From NCBI GenBank assembly GCA_963733295.1, contig CAVTCS010000005.1, forward strand, positions 132,874 to 196,873: DNA of 64,000 bases, given 5' to 3'. Source of the stretch: Vulcanimicrobiota bacterium (lineage in GTDB: Bacteria; Vulcanimicrobiota; Vulcanimicrobiia; Vulcanimicrobiales; Vulcanimicrobiaceae). Every line of letters begins with the position of its first letter. Position 1 is the first letter of the stretch. A model generated the notes under the pieces. The model had not been told where the DNA came from. It made no database searches and saw only the letters and a list, made by a program, of their open reading frames with translations. Shown piece by piece: positions 50,541 to 60,098 of the stretch. The translations under genes and the position numbers were made by a program.

Positions 50541-51923
50541 TCACGGAACGAGCGCTCCGGCGCTTTCGAGTTCGGCGGCCAAACGCTCCGCGGCCGCGGT
50601 GATCGATCCGGCTCCCAGCATCAGCACGAGTGCTCCGGCCGGCGCGTGCTCGAGCAGATATGCCGGCAGATCCTCGACTCGCGCGACGTAGGCGACGTCG
50701 GCGCCGAGCGCCGCTAACGGCCGCCCGATCGTTTGCGCGTCGACGCCGGCCAGCGGCGCCTCCGAGGCGGCGTAGACGTCGGTCAAGACGACGCGATCGG
50801 CCGAACGCAGCGCCCGCGCGAAATCGGCCGCCAGATAGCGCGTGCGCGAATAGCGGTGCGGTTGAAAGACCGCGACGATCGGACCGGCGAACTGTTCGCG
50901 CGCCGCACCGAGCACAGCGGCGACGGCGGTTGGATGGTGCGCGTAGTCGTCGACGAGCGTCAAGCGCGGCGAGCGAGCCAGGATCTCGAAACGCCGCCGG
51001 ACGCCGCGGAAGGTCGCGAGCGAGGCGGCCAGGCTCTCGAACGGGATTTTCAGCGCGAGACCGGCGGCGATCGCCGCCAGCGCGTTCGCAACGTTGTACG
51101 CACCGGGGACCGGCAGCCGGATTTCGCCCGCCTCCGCACCGTCGACGATGACGTCGAAGCGCGAGCCGAAATTTTGATACCTCACTCCCCGCGCGCGCAC
51201 GTTCGATTCGGCGAAACCGAAGGTTCGCGTCAGCGCGGCGCGCGGACGGCGCGCGAGTTCGGCGGCGCGCGGCTCGTCGCTGCCGACGAGCGCAAGACCG
51301 TTTGCCGGCACGCTCGCCAGAAACTTCTCGAAGGCGTCGAGCAGCGCGCCGAATTCGTGGTCGGACAGGACGTGATCGTTCTCGACGTTCGTGACGAGCG
51401 CGATCTCCGGGCGCATTTCCAAGAACGAACGGTCGGACTCGTCGCTCTCGGCGACGAACCATTCGCCGCGTCCTTCGCGCGCGTTGCTCTGCGTGTCGAC
51501 GCGCTCGCCGCCGACGACGACCGTCGGATCGAGGCCTGCCGCTTCGAGCGCGCAGGCGATCATCGCGGTGGTCGTCGTCTTCCCATGCGTTCCGCCGACT
51601 GCGATGCTGCGCCGCCCCTGCATGAGTTGCGCCAGCAGCGCACCGCGATGCACGATTTCGAGCGAGGCGTCGCGCGCGGCGACCAGCTCGGCGTTGGCTG
51701 CGTCGATCGCGGAACTGACGACGATGGTGTGCGCGGCACCCAGGTTGCGCGCATCGTGACCGATGAAGATCTCGGCGCCCTCTTCGGCCAGACGAGCGGT
51801 CAGCGCAGTGCGGCGATCTGAGGAACCGGAGACGCGAAACCCGCGCTGCAAGAGGATGCGCGCGAGCGCGGACATACCGATTCCGCTGATGCCGATGAAA
51901 TGAACCGCGCCGGAAAGCTTCAC
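50541..51923 (-). CDS. murC: UDP-N-acetylmuramate-L-alanine ligase
   Basis: HFIGISGIGMSALA, GTHGKTTT, ESDESD, DDYAHHP, FQPHRYSR. Confidence 0.96.
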   Translation of the reverse strand: MKLSGAVHFIGISGIGMSALARILLQRGFRVSGSSDRRTALTARLAEEGAEIFIGHDARNLGAAHTIVVSSAIDAANAELVAARDASLEIVHRGALLAQLMQGRRSIAVGGTHGKTTTTAMIACALEAAGLDPTVVVGGERVDTQSNAREGRGEWFVAESDESDRSFLEMRPEIALVTNVENDHVLSDHEFGALLDAFEKFLASVPANGLALVGSDEPRAAELARRPRAALTRTFGFAESNVRARGVRYQNFGSRFDVIVDGAEAGEIRLPVPGAYNVANALAAIAAGLALKIPFESLAASLATFRGVRRRFEILARSPRLTLVDDYAHHPTAVAAVLGAAREQFAGPIVAVFQPHRYSRTRYLAADFARALRSADRVVLTDVYAASEAPLAGVDAQTIGRPLAALGADVAYVARVEDLPAYLLEHAPAGALVLMLGAGSITAAAERLAAELESAGALVP

Positions 51924-53050
51924 GGAAGAGAGTTTTTCGCAGGCAGCCAACGCTTCACCCGTTCCCGTACCGCGGCCCGCGGATCGGCGTCCATTTCGTG
52001 CGCTGCGGCACGCATCGACGCGAGCCGCTCGGGCCGCAAGAGCGCTTGCAACTCCACAAAGAGCCGTTCCCCGTCGAGCTCGCGATCGCTCACGACGTGC
52101 GCCGCGCCGTCGCGCGCGAAAGCGGCGGCGTTGAGCGCCTGATGGTCGGCGGTCGCAAACGGAAACGGCACGAGGAGCGCGGGCGTGCGCGTCGCGGCCA
52201 ATTCTCCCAGCGTCGACGCGCCGGAGCGCGCGACGACCAGATCCGCGGCCGCGTAGGCCGCGCGCGGATCCTCGAGATACTCGACGAGGTGCACCGCGCT
52301 CGCGGAGCGCGCCGCGCGTTCGCGCTCGGCGAGTTGGGCGTGATCGCGCGCACCGCTCACGTGCAAGATCTGCCAGTCCGGCGGAAGTTCGCGCTCGGTG
52401 ACGAGCGTCACGACGGCCTCGTTGATCGTTCGCGCGCCTTGGCTTCCACCCATCACGACGACCGTCGTCTTGGCGGGATCGAGGCCCAGTGCGCGGCGCG
52501 CCTCGCTCGGCGCGACGGGGCGCAACATCGAGGCGCGCACCGGCGTGCCGGTCACGATGCCCTTGGCGCCGAGCGCCTTCGCCGGGCCCGCTGCGCTCAG
52601 CCAAACTTCGTCCACGAGCGGCCCCAGCAGGCGATTCGTCAACCCCGGAACCGCGTTCGCTTCGAGCAGCGCGACCTTCGCGCGCGAGCGGCGGAGCGTC
52701 CGTAAGAAACGCAGCGCCGCGACGACGGGGAGTGCGACGTAGCCGCCGGTCGCAACCGCGACGTCCGGCTTGAAGCGCGCGACGACGCCAAGCGCCTGAA
52801 GAAAGCCCGCGACGTTTGCGAACAGCGTGCGAAACAGCGCAAGCGACGGCTTTCGCGGCAGGGGTGCCGCGCCGACGAACGCCATCCGCAAACCGGCCTT
52901 CGGCACGATCGAGGCCTCGAGACCGCTGCGCGTCCCGACGAACAAAACCTCGAGCGGCGCGAACGACGCGTCCTCGCCGAGCGCTTCGGCAATCGCGAGC
53001 GCCGGATACACGTGGCCGCCGGTTCCACCTCCGGTGAGCAACAGTTTCAC
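51920..53050 (-). CDS. murG: MurG glycosyltransferase
   Basis: GGGTGGHVYP, GGYV, GGSQGA, RSGAST, HQ..NA. Confidence 0.95.
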   Translation of the reverse strand: MKLLLTGGGTGGHVYPALAIAEALGEDASFAPLEVLFVGTRSGLEASIVPKAGLRMAFVGAAPLPRKPSLALFRTLFANVAGFLQALGVVARFKPDVAVATGGYVALPVVAALRFLRTLRRSRAKVALLEANAVPGLTNRLLGPLVDEVWLSAAGPAKALGAKGIVTGTPVRASMLRPVAPSEARRALGLDPAKTTVVVMGGSQGARTINEAVVTLVTERELPPDWQILHVSGARDHAQLAERERAARSASAVHLVEYLEDPRAAYAAADLVVARSGASTLGELAATRTPALLVPFPFATADHQALNAAAFARDGAAHVVSDRELDGERLFVELQALLRPERLASMRAAAHEMDADPRAAVRERVKRWLPAKNSLP

Positions 53051-54162
53051 TCCCGCTGCAGGCGGCGGTGACGCCCGACGTTGACCACCAGCGCGACGGC
53101 TACCAGCGATGTGACGAGCGACGATCCTCCGAACGAGATGAACGGCAACGGAACGCCCGTCACCGGCCACGACGACGTCACGACACCCAGGTTCACGAAG
53201 GCTTGAATCACGATCGTCGTCATGCACCCGATGGCCAGCAGAAACCCGAACCGATCGGGTGCTTGCAGCGCGATGCGGCACGCGCGGTAAGCGAAGACCA
53301 CGAAGAGCACGACGATCAGAGCGAGTCCCACGAAGCCCAACTCTTCGCCGATGATCGCGGCGATGAAATCGGTGGCCGCTTCGGGTAAGTAGAAAAACTT
53401 CTGACGCGAGAAGCCGAGTCCGAGGCCGGTCAATCCACCGCTGCCGAGCGCCATTAACGACTGCACGATGTGAAAGCCCTTGTCGACGGGATCGGCCCAG
53501 GGGTTGATGAAGGCGGAGACGCGCGCGAGCTTGTACGGGTCGTGCTTGATCAAGGCGGCGACGCCCAGCAGAAGCGTCAAGCCGACCACCGCCAGGTGCG
53601 TCGGCCGCGCACCCGCGACGAAGAGCATGACGGCGGCGGTGAACGTGAGCAGGCTCGCCGTTCCGAGGTCCGGTTCCTTGACGACCAGCACCGCCATCAA
53701 CAAGGTCACGAAGGCGAGCGGAAACACGCCCTGCGTGAACGAGCGGATCCGCTCGCCCTTCGCGCTCAGCGCGGATGCGAGGTAGAGCACGAGAGCGAGT
53801 TTCGCGAACTCGGAAGGTTCGAACGACAGCGGACCGAGTCCGATCCAGCGGTGCGCTCCGCCGACGTAGACGCCCACGTGCGGAACGAAGACCAGCAGCA
53901 ACGACACGATGCACAGGCCGAGAAAAAGCGGCGCCAGACCGCGCAAGCGCCGGTAGTCGACGCGGTAGGCGAGCAGCGCCACGCCCAGCCCGGCGACGAG
54001 CCACGCGAGCTGGCGCTTGAGGAAAAAAGCCGCGTCTTGATGCAGCGCGACCGCGTAGGCGCTCGAGGCGCTGAAGACCATCGTCACGCCGAGCGCGACG
54101 AGCAATCCGACGGCGGCGACGAGGATCGTGTCGGGAGGCCCCTTCGCCGCGCTCTCATCCAT
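53047..54162 (-). CDS. ftsW: FtsW SEDS protein
   Basis: MVFSAS, RWI, PSEFAK, PDLGT, LPEAATDFI, LPFISFGGS. Confidence 0.93.
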   Translation of the reverse strand: MDESAAKGPPDTILVAAVGLLVALGVTMVFSASSAYAVALHQDAAFFLKRQLAWLVAGLGVALLAYRVDYRRLRGLAPLFLGLCIVSLLLVFVPHVGVYVGGAHRWIGLGPLSFEPSEFAKLALVLYLASALSAKGERIRSFTQGVFPLAFVTLLMAVLVVKEPDLGTASLLTFTAAVMLFVAGARPTHLAVVGLTLLLGVAALIKHDPYKLARVSAFINPWADPVDKGFHIVQSLMALGSGGLTGLGLGFSRQKFFYLPEAATDFIAAIIGEELGFVGLALIVVLFVVFAYRACRIALQAPDRFGFLLAIGCMTTIVIQAFVNLGVVTSSWPVTGVPLPFISFGGSSLVTSLVAVALVVNVGRHRRLQRE

Positions 54163-55558
54163 GCGCGGCCGCCGCGATCCCGTTGACGGCGCGTGCGAAC
54201 GCGTCGCCACGCGCTTCCGCCGAGGAGAACATGTCGAACGAGGCACAGCCCGGCGAGAGCAGAACGACGTCGCCCCGCTCGGCGAGACGGCGCGCGGCGT
54301 CGACGGCTTCTTCCATCGAACCGGCGCGGACGCTCGCTGCCGGCGCGACCGCGGTTTCGATCTCACCGGCCGCCTCGCCGATCAGCACGACGTTCTTGAC
54401 GCGGCGCCGCAAGGTTTCCGCCATCGCGCGAAAGTCGGTCCGCTTCGACTTTCCGCCGGCGATCAGCACGATCGGACGATCGAACGACTCGAGTGCGGCC
54501 ACGACGGAGCCTGGGTTCGTCGACTTGGAATCGTCGACGTAGAGCACGCCCCCCAATTCGGTGACGTGCTGCAGGCGGTGCGGCAACGGCTCGAACTCGC
54601 GCACCGCGGCGCGCAGAGCCTCGGGATCGAGTCCCGCCGCGAGGCCGACGAGGATTGCCGCCAAGACGTTCGAGACGTTGTGCCGTCCTTGCAGCGGAAT
54701 CTCCGCGACCGGCATGATTTCGACCGGACGCGGATCGCCCCACGGCGGCGCGTACGTGATGCGCTCGTGGCGCACGTAGAGCGTCGTCATGCGACGCGGG
54801 CTCAGGCCGAACCAGAGCGCGCGCGAAGGGATGCGGTTTGCAAACTCGCCCTCGGCGAGCGGGCCGATCAGCGGGTCGTCGAGGTTCCCGACGAAGGTGT
54901 CGCCCGGTCCTTGATTGGCGAAGATGCGCAACTTCGCTTCGGCGTACTCGTCCATCGAATGATAGCGGTCGAGGTGATCCGGCGAAAGGTTCAGGATCGC
55001 CGCGATCCGCGGCTTGAACGAGCGGATCGACTCGAGCTGGAACGACGAAACCTCGGCGATGACCCAATCCTCGGGTTCCGCAACGAACGTTTCGTCGATC
55101 AAGGCGTTGCCGATATTGCCACCGACGTGCGTCGTCTTCCCGGCGCGGCGAAACTCCGCTCCGATCAGCGCGGTGGTCGTCGTCTTGCCCTTGGTTCCGG
55201 TGAGCGCGACGATCGGCGCCTTGCAGATGCGGTAAGCGACTTCGATCTCGGAATAGACCGGCACGCGCGCGCTTTGCACGCGCCGCACGAGCTCGCCGTT
55301 GAGCGGAATGCCGGGCGAAAGCACCGCCGACGTCAGCTGCGGCAGCACGCTGCCGAGGTCGGACGGCGTGACGAAGCGGACTCCGGCACGCTCGAGCTCC
55401 TGGGCCAGGTCACGCAAGAGTTCGGGGTCCTTTTCGTCGGTCGCGTAGACCGTCGCGCCGCGCGCTCGCAAAACGCCGCAGCTCGCGATGCCGCTGCGTC
55501 CGAGGCCGATGACCAGCACGCACTCGCGTGCGTCGAACGAACCGCCTTGCGGACTCAT
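54155..55558 (-). CDS. murD: UDP-MurNAc-L-Ala-D-Glu ligase
   Basis: GLGRSG, GTKGKTTT, GGNIG, EVSSFQL, DDSKSTN, LSPGCASFD. Confidence 0.95.
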   Translation of the reverse strand: MSPQGGSFDARECVLVIGLGRSGIASCGVLRARGATVYATDEKDPELLRDLAQELERAGVRFVTPSDLGSVLPQLTSAVLSPGIPLNGELVRRVQSARVPVYSEIEVAYRICKAPIVALTGTKGKTTTTALIGAEFRRAGKTTHVGGNIGNALIDETFVAEPEDWVIAEVSSFQLESIRSFKPRIAAILNLSPDHLDRYHSMDEYAEAKLRIFANQGPGDTFVGNLDDPLIGPLAEGEFANRIPSRALWFGLSPRRMTTLYVRHERITYAPPWGDPRPVEIMPVAEIPLQGRHNVSNVLAAILVGLAAGLDPEALRAAVREFEPLPHRLQHVTELGGVLYVDDSKSTNPGSVVAALESFDRPIVLIAGGKSKRTDFRAMAETLRRRVKNVVLIGEAAGEIETAVAPAASVRAGSMEEAVDAARRLAERGDVVLLSPGCASFDMFSSAEARGDAFARAVNGIAAAAHG

Positions 55559-56517
55559 CGGGCGATCGCGGCGCCGGCGAGCGAGAGCAAGGCCGAGGCC
55601 GTCCAGAACCGGCGCGCGACCTTCGTCTCGGGCCAGCCGCCGAGCTCGAAGTGATGGTGGAGCGGACTCATGCGAAAGATTCGTTTTCTCGTCGTTTTAA
55701 AGTAGGCAACTTGGATGATGACCGAGAGCGTTTCGGCAGCGAACACGCCGCCGATGAGCGGGAGTAAGAGTTGCGATCCGGTGAGAACGGCGCTGCCGGC
55801 GAGAATGCCGCCCAGCGCGAGCGCGCCGGTGTCGCCCATGATGACGCGCGCCGGATGACGATTGAAGAACAGAAATCCGAACACCGCACCGGCGAGCGCG
55901 AGGTCGATGAACGCTACGCCCGGCGTTCCGGCGTGCCAGGCGAGCCAAGCGACCACCAGCAGCGGCGGCAACACCGTACCGCTCGCCAGACCATCGACCC
56001 CGTCGGTGAGGTTGACGGCGTGCGTGGTCGCCACGACCGCGCAAAGGCCCAGCGCATACCATAGCCAGTGCGGCGCGTGCACTGCAAAGCTCCCCCACGT
56101 GAAGATAACGTCCCGCAGCGGCGCGGCGACGACGCGCTCGGCGAGAGCGAGAAAGAGGACGCCCGCAAGCGCCGTCAGTAAGAATTTCGTGCGTCCGCGC
56201 AAGCCGCGATTCCGGCCGCCGCGAATCGAGATGAGATCGTCGGCCAGGCCGATCAGGCCGCAGAGTATGCCGAGCCCGGCCAGCGCGGCGCCCGCAGGAT
56301 CGGGCCGCCACGCAACGGCGAGGACGAGAGCCAGCAGAAAGAGCAGGCCGCCCATCGTGGGCGTACCGGTCTTGCGCGCGTGCGACTTTGGCGCATCCTC
56401 GTTGGCGTGCTGGCCCAGCGCAGCGCGGCGCAGGTAGGCGATCAGCGGATTGCCGAGCGCGAGCGTCAACGCGAAGCTCGTAGCGCCGAGCAGCAGCGCA
56501 CTCCAAAGCTCGTTCAT
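55555..56517 (-). CDS. mraY: Phospho-MurNAc-pentapeptide transferase
   Basis: KTGTPTMGG, NLTDGVDGL, MGDTG, SPLHHHFEL. Confidence 0.95.
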   Translation of the reverse strand: MNELWSALLLGATSFALTLALGNPLIAYLRRAALGQHANEDAPKSHARKTGTPTMGGLLFLLALVLAVAWRPDPAGAALAGLGILCGLIGLADDLISIRGGRNRGLRGRTKFLLTALAGVLFLALAERVVAAPLRDVIFTWGSFAVHAPHWLWYALGLCAVVATTHAVNLTDGVDGLASGTVLPPLLVVAWLAWHAGTPGVAFIDLALAGAVFGFLFFNRHPARVIMGDTGALALGGILAGSAVLTGSQLLLPLIGGVFAAETLSVIIQVAYFKTTRKRIFRMSPLHHHFELGGWPETKVARRFWTASALLSLAGAAIAR

Positions 56518-57242
56518 GCTGCCGCTCCGGCGAGCGGCGAGGGATCCGGCCCGCGCCAGGCGAGCACGACGATCGGCGTTTGCTCGTCGCCGTTTCCGTG
56601 CGGGTTCGTTTCGAGCGCGGCACGAACGCGCTCGCGCGCGACGCCCGGCGAGGCGCCCAAGATCTTCGCAATACCGAGGTCGTTTGCGTCGACGACGACC
56701 GCGTGCGTGCCGGCGCGTTCGGCGAGTAGGGCGGCGACGCGTTCGGGATCCTCCGGGCCGAGAACGATCGTCCGCTCGAAGGGCGGCAGCGTTCCGGTGT
56801 AGCCGTCGATTGCCGAGATCGTTTCGCCGAGGATGCGGTAGAAGACGCCACGTTGACCGGCCAGGCGGCCGGCTACGTGCGCGCCTGCGGCCACGACGAC
56901 CTTCCACGCTCCGGCTTGGTCGATCACGAGCTGCAGCGATTCAGGCTGGTTGACGGTCGCGAGCGCGCCGGCGCGGCGCGACAGAAAGTATGCGAGCGGG
57001 CTCGGGCGGATCGTTTCGGCTGCGATCGCGCGGCCTTGCGCGATCGCGACCGCCGTTTCCGAAACCGCGACGACGTCGCCCGGGCGCGCGATCCCGGCCA
57101 CCGCCTCCGCCACGACGCGCGTCACGTCGTCGCCGGCGCGCACCAGCCGCGTGCGCACGGGAATCGCGACCAGCTGCGCAGCGAAGGGCGCCCGTCGCGT
57201 CGCCGGAGCCGATCGTCCGATGACGGTGACCGCTTCAGGCAT
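56514..57242 (-). CDS. CofE/F420-0:gamma-glutamyl ligase-fold protein of unknown function
   Basis: 242 aa; IPVRTRLVRAGDD..PGDVVAVSETAVAIAQGR..IDGYTGTLPPF..LGPEDP..VVDANDLG..NPHGNGDEQTPIVVL, the recalled F420_ligase-like signature; overlaps both neighbours. Confidence 0.85.
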   Translation of the reverse strand: MPEAVTVIGRSAPATRRAPFAAQLVAIPVRTRLVRAGDDVTRVVAEAVAGIARPGDVVAVSETAVAIAQGRAIAAETIRPSPLAYFLSRRAGALATVNQPESLQLVIDQAGAWKVVVAAGAHVAGRLAGQRGVFYRILGETISAIDGYTGTLPPFERTIVLGPEDPERVAALLAERAGTHAVVVDANDLGIAKILGASPGVARERVRAALETNPHGNGDEQTPIVVLAWRGPDPSPLAGAAA

Positions 57243-58623
57243 AGACGGCGCGCAGCCCTTCGCGGATTTCCTCGAGTTTGTATTTGCGCGATCCCTTGAG
57301 CAGGACCAAGTCGCCGGATTGCGCCCGCTCGCGCAAGAGCGCGATCGCCTCCGCGTTGCTCGCGTAGCGGAGCAGGTTCTGCGCGGGGAAGCCGGCCGAG
57401 CGGGCACCGCGTTCGAGCTCGTCGGCGAAGTCGCCGCCGACCAAGAGCAGCGCGAGCCCCGAGTCTGCCGCTGCGGCACCGACGCGCTCGTGCATCGCGG
57501 CGGCATCGTCGCCGAGTTCCGCCATTCCGCCCAGCACCGCGATGCGGTGCGCGGCGCTTTCGCGAGCGAACGATTGGAGCGTCGCGAGCGTCCCGCTCAT
57601 CGACGCGTTGTAAGCGTCGTAGATAACCTCGAAGTCACCGATCGCGGAGCGGTCGTAGCGTCCCTCGGGCAAAGCGAGTCGCCCGATCGCTTCGGCGACG
57701 CGTTCCGCCGCAACGCCGAACGCGAGCGCGCCGGCGGCGGCCGCGGCGAGGTTCGCCAGGTTGTGGTCCCCGGGCAAGTCGCACGAAATCTCGAAGGAGC
57801 GCGTGCCTGACGGTTCGTGCACGACCAGCCGTTCGCGGCCGACGAGCAGCGTCTGACGCGCACCGAGCGGTTCGTGCCCCGCCGGATCGCTCGCCCGCAC
57901 CGCGAACCACTCGACGTTCTCGCCCAGTGAAGAGGTGCGCCGGCGCGAGACGACGTCGTCGAAATTCAGGACCGGTAACGCCCCGGTTGCGAAGATGCCC
58001 CATTTCGTCTGCGCGAGACGCTCGGGCGATCCCATGATCTCGAGGTGAGCGTCGCCGATGTTGGTCAGGATCGCGACGTCGGGAAGCGCGGCCCGCGCGA
58101 GCGGCTCGATCTCGCCGAAATGGCGCGCGCCGAATTCGACGACCGCCGCGGCGACGCTCTGGTCGAGTCCGAGCAAGAGCTTCGCGACGCCGAATTCGTT
58201 GTTTTCGTTGGCATGCGAGGCCACGACCCTTCCGTCTAACGTACGCTCCAGCAGTTGCGCCAGGAGCGCTTTGGTCGTGGTCTTGCCGACGCTGCCGGTG
58301 ATTGCCACAACCTTCGCGCGCGAGCGCAGCCGCGCGAGCCGCGCGAACTCGAGGAGCGCGACGGTCGTGTCGGGCACGAGCAGCGCGGGCGCGCCGGCCG
58401 GAACCGCCGCGAAGTCGGCGACGACGAGCGCCGCCGCGCCTCGCGCGACGGCCTGCGCCGCGAACGCGTGACCGTCGAACGTCGCACCGCGCAAAGCGAT
58501 GAAGACGTCGCCGGGCTCGAGCGTCCGCGTGTCGGTCGAGATGCGGAACTCGGCGGGCAAGTTCGCGCCGCTGAGGACGCGCGCCCCACACGCGGCGACG
58601 GCAGCCTCGCGCTCGATCGTCAT
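57235..58623 (-). CDS. murF: MurF ligase
   Basis: STDTR, FDGH, TGSVGKTTTK, NNEFG, DAYNAS, LKGSR. Confidence 0.95.
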   Translation of the reverse strand: MTIEREAAVAACGARVLSGANLPAEFRISTDTRTLEPGDVFIALRGATFDGHAFAAQAVARGAAALVVADFAAVPAGAPALLVPDTTVALLEFARLARLRSRAKVVAITGSVGKTTTKALLAQLLERTLDGRVVASHANENNEFGVAKLLLGLDQSVAAAVVEFGARHFGEIEPLARAALPDVAILTNIGDAHLEIMGSPERLAQTKWGIFATGALPVLNFDDVVSRRRTSSLGENVEWFAVRASDPAGHEPLGARQTLLVGRERLVVHEPSGTRSFEISCDLPGDHNLANLAAAAAGALAFGVAAERVAEAIGRLALPEGRYDRSAIGDFEVIYDAYNASMSGTLATLQSFARESAAHRIAVLGGMAELGDDAAAMHERVGAAAADSGLALLLVGGDFADELERGARSAGFPAQNLLRYASNAEAIALLRERAQSGDLVLLKGSRKYKLEEIREGLRAVYA

Positions 58624-60098
58624 TCTGCCTCCGGGCGCGCCGCAAGCGCGCCGCGAACTTCGTCGCGATCGTCGAAGTGGAGGACTCTCTCGCCGACGAT
58701 TTGATACGTTTCGTGGCCCTTGCCGGCGACGACGACGGTGTCGCCGGGCCGCGCTTCGTCGACGGCCTTTCGAATTGCGGCGCGCCGGTCGAGCTCGACG
58801 CTCACCGAGCTACGGTCGTCGATGCCGGCGAGGATTTCGTCCACGATCGCCGCGGGCTCTTCGCCGCGCGGATTGTCGCTCGTTACGATCGTACGATCGG
58901 CCAGCGCCGTAGCGATGCGCCCCATCTCCGCACGCTTTCCCCGGTCGCGGTCGCCGCCGCAGCCGAACACCGCGATCACCGAACCGCGCGAGGTTTCGCG
59001 AACGGCCATCAGCACCGCCGCCAGCGCGTCAGGCGTGTGAGCGTAGTCGACCACGACCCCGACGCCGGCAGCCTCGAAACTCTCCATGCGGCCGGGAACC
59101 GGTTCGGTTTGCGCCAGCGCGCGCGCGCTGACGCGATCTTCGACCCCGAAGCGCCGCGCGACGCAGATCGCGGCGAGCGCGTTCGAAACGTTGAAGCGCC
59201 CGGGCAGCGGCAGCTCGACGCGCAGACCGTCCAGCGTGAAGCTGCTGCGATTCGCATCGAGCGCGACGTCGACGGCGCGGACCTCCGCGCGTACGCCGAG
59301 ACCGTAGGTCCGAACGTTCGCCGCGGGCAACTCGGCGGCCCACTCTCGTCCGAGCGGATCGTCGGCGTTGAAGATCGAGAACGCAGCGCGTTCGAAGAGC
59401 GTACGCTTTGCCGCGGCATAAGCTTCGAAGGTCTTGTGAAAATCCAGGTGATCGTGCGTCACGTTGGTCAGCACCGCGACGTCGACCTCGACGTCCCGCG
59501 CGCGATCGAGCGCTAAGGCGTGAGAACTCATTTCGAGCACGACGGCCGCCGCGCCGCGGTCGCGCATCTCGGCCAGCAACATCTGCAATTCGAGCGCGAG
59601 CGGCGTCGTGTTGTCGAGCGACCACATCGCCCCGCCGAACTGCGCGCCGAGCGTTCCGATGCGGCCGCAGCGCGTTCCGCTCGCTTCGAGTATTCGCTGG
59701 ACGAGATGCGTCGTCGTCGTCTTGCCGTTCGTGCCCGTTATGCCGGCGATCTCGAGGGCATCGGAGGGACGTCCGTAAAACGCGGCCGCGAGTTGCGAGA
59801 GCGCGCGCCGCGTATCGTGAACGACGACGGCCGTGACGCCCTCCGGTATTTCGTGTGCCGCGGCGAAAGCGGCATCGACCACGACCACCTGCGCGCCCGC
59901 CTCGACCGCCCGGGCCACGTACGCGTGCCCGTCCAAACGCTCGCCGCGCAAGGCAACGAAGACCGCACCCGGGCGAACCGCGCGCGAATCGTGAACGAGC
60001 GAGGCCACGGCGCGTTCCGTGGTGCCGGCGACGCGCGCGCCGTCGAGCGACGCGAGCAGTGGTGCCAATTCGACGGTGCGGGCGGAGGCCTGGGTCAT
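58620..60098 (-). CDS. murE: MurE ligase (meso-DAP type)
   Basis: TGTNGKTT, EMSSHAL, DHLDFH, DYAHTPD, DNPR (DAP specificity), GKGHE. Confidence 0.96.
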   Translation of the reverse strand: MTQASARTVELAPLLASLDGARVAGTTERAVASLVHDSRAVRPGAVFVALRGERLDGHAYVARAVEAGAQVVVVDAAFAAAHEIPEGVTAVVVHDTRRALSQLAAAFYGRPSDALEIAGITGTNGKTTTTHLVQRILEASGTRCGRIGTLGAQFGGAMWSLDNTTPLALELQMLLAEMRDRGAAAVVLEMSSHALALDRARDVEVDVAVLTNVTHDHLDFHKTFEAYAAAKRTLFERAAFSIFNADDPLGREWAAELPAANVRTYGLGVRAEVRAVDVALDANRSSFTLDGLRVELPLPGRFNVSNALAAICVARRFGVEDRVSARALAQTEPVPGRMESFEAAGVGVVVDYAHTPDALAAVLMAVRETSRGSVIAVFGCGGDRDRGKRAEMGRIATALADRTIVTSDNPRGEEPAAIVDEILAGIDDRSSVSVELDRRAAIRKAVDEARPGDTVVVAGKGHETYQIVGERVLHFDDRDEVRGALAARPEAE

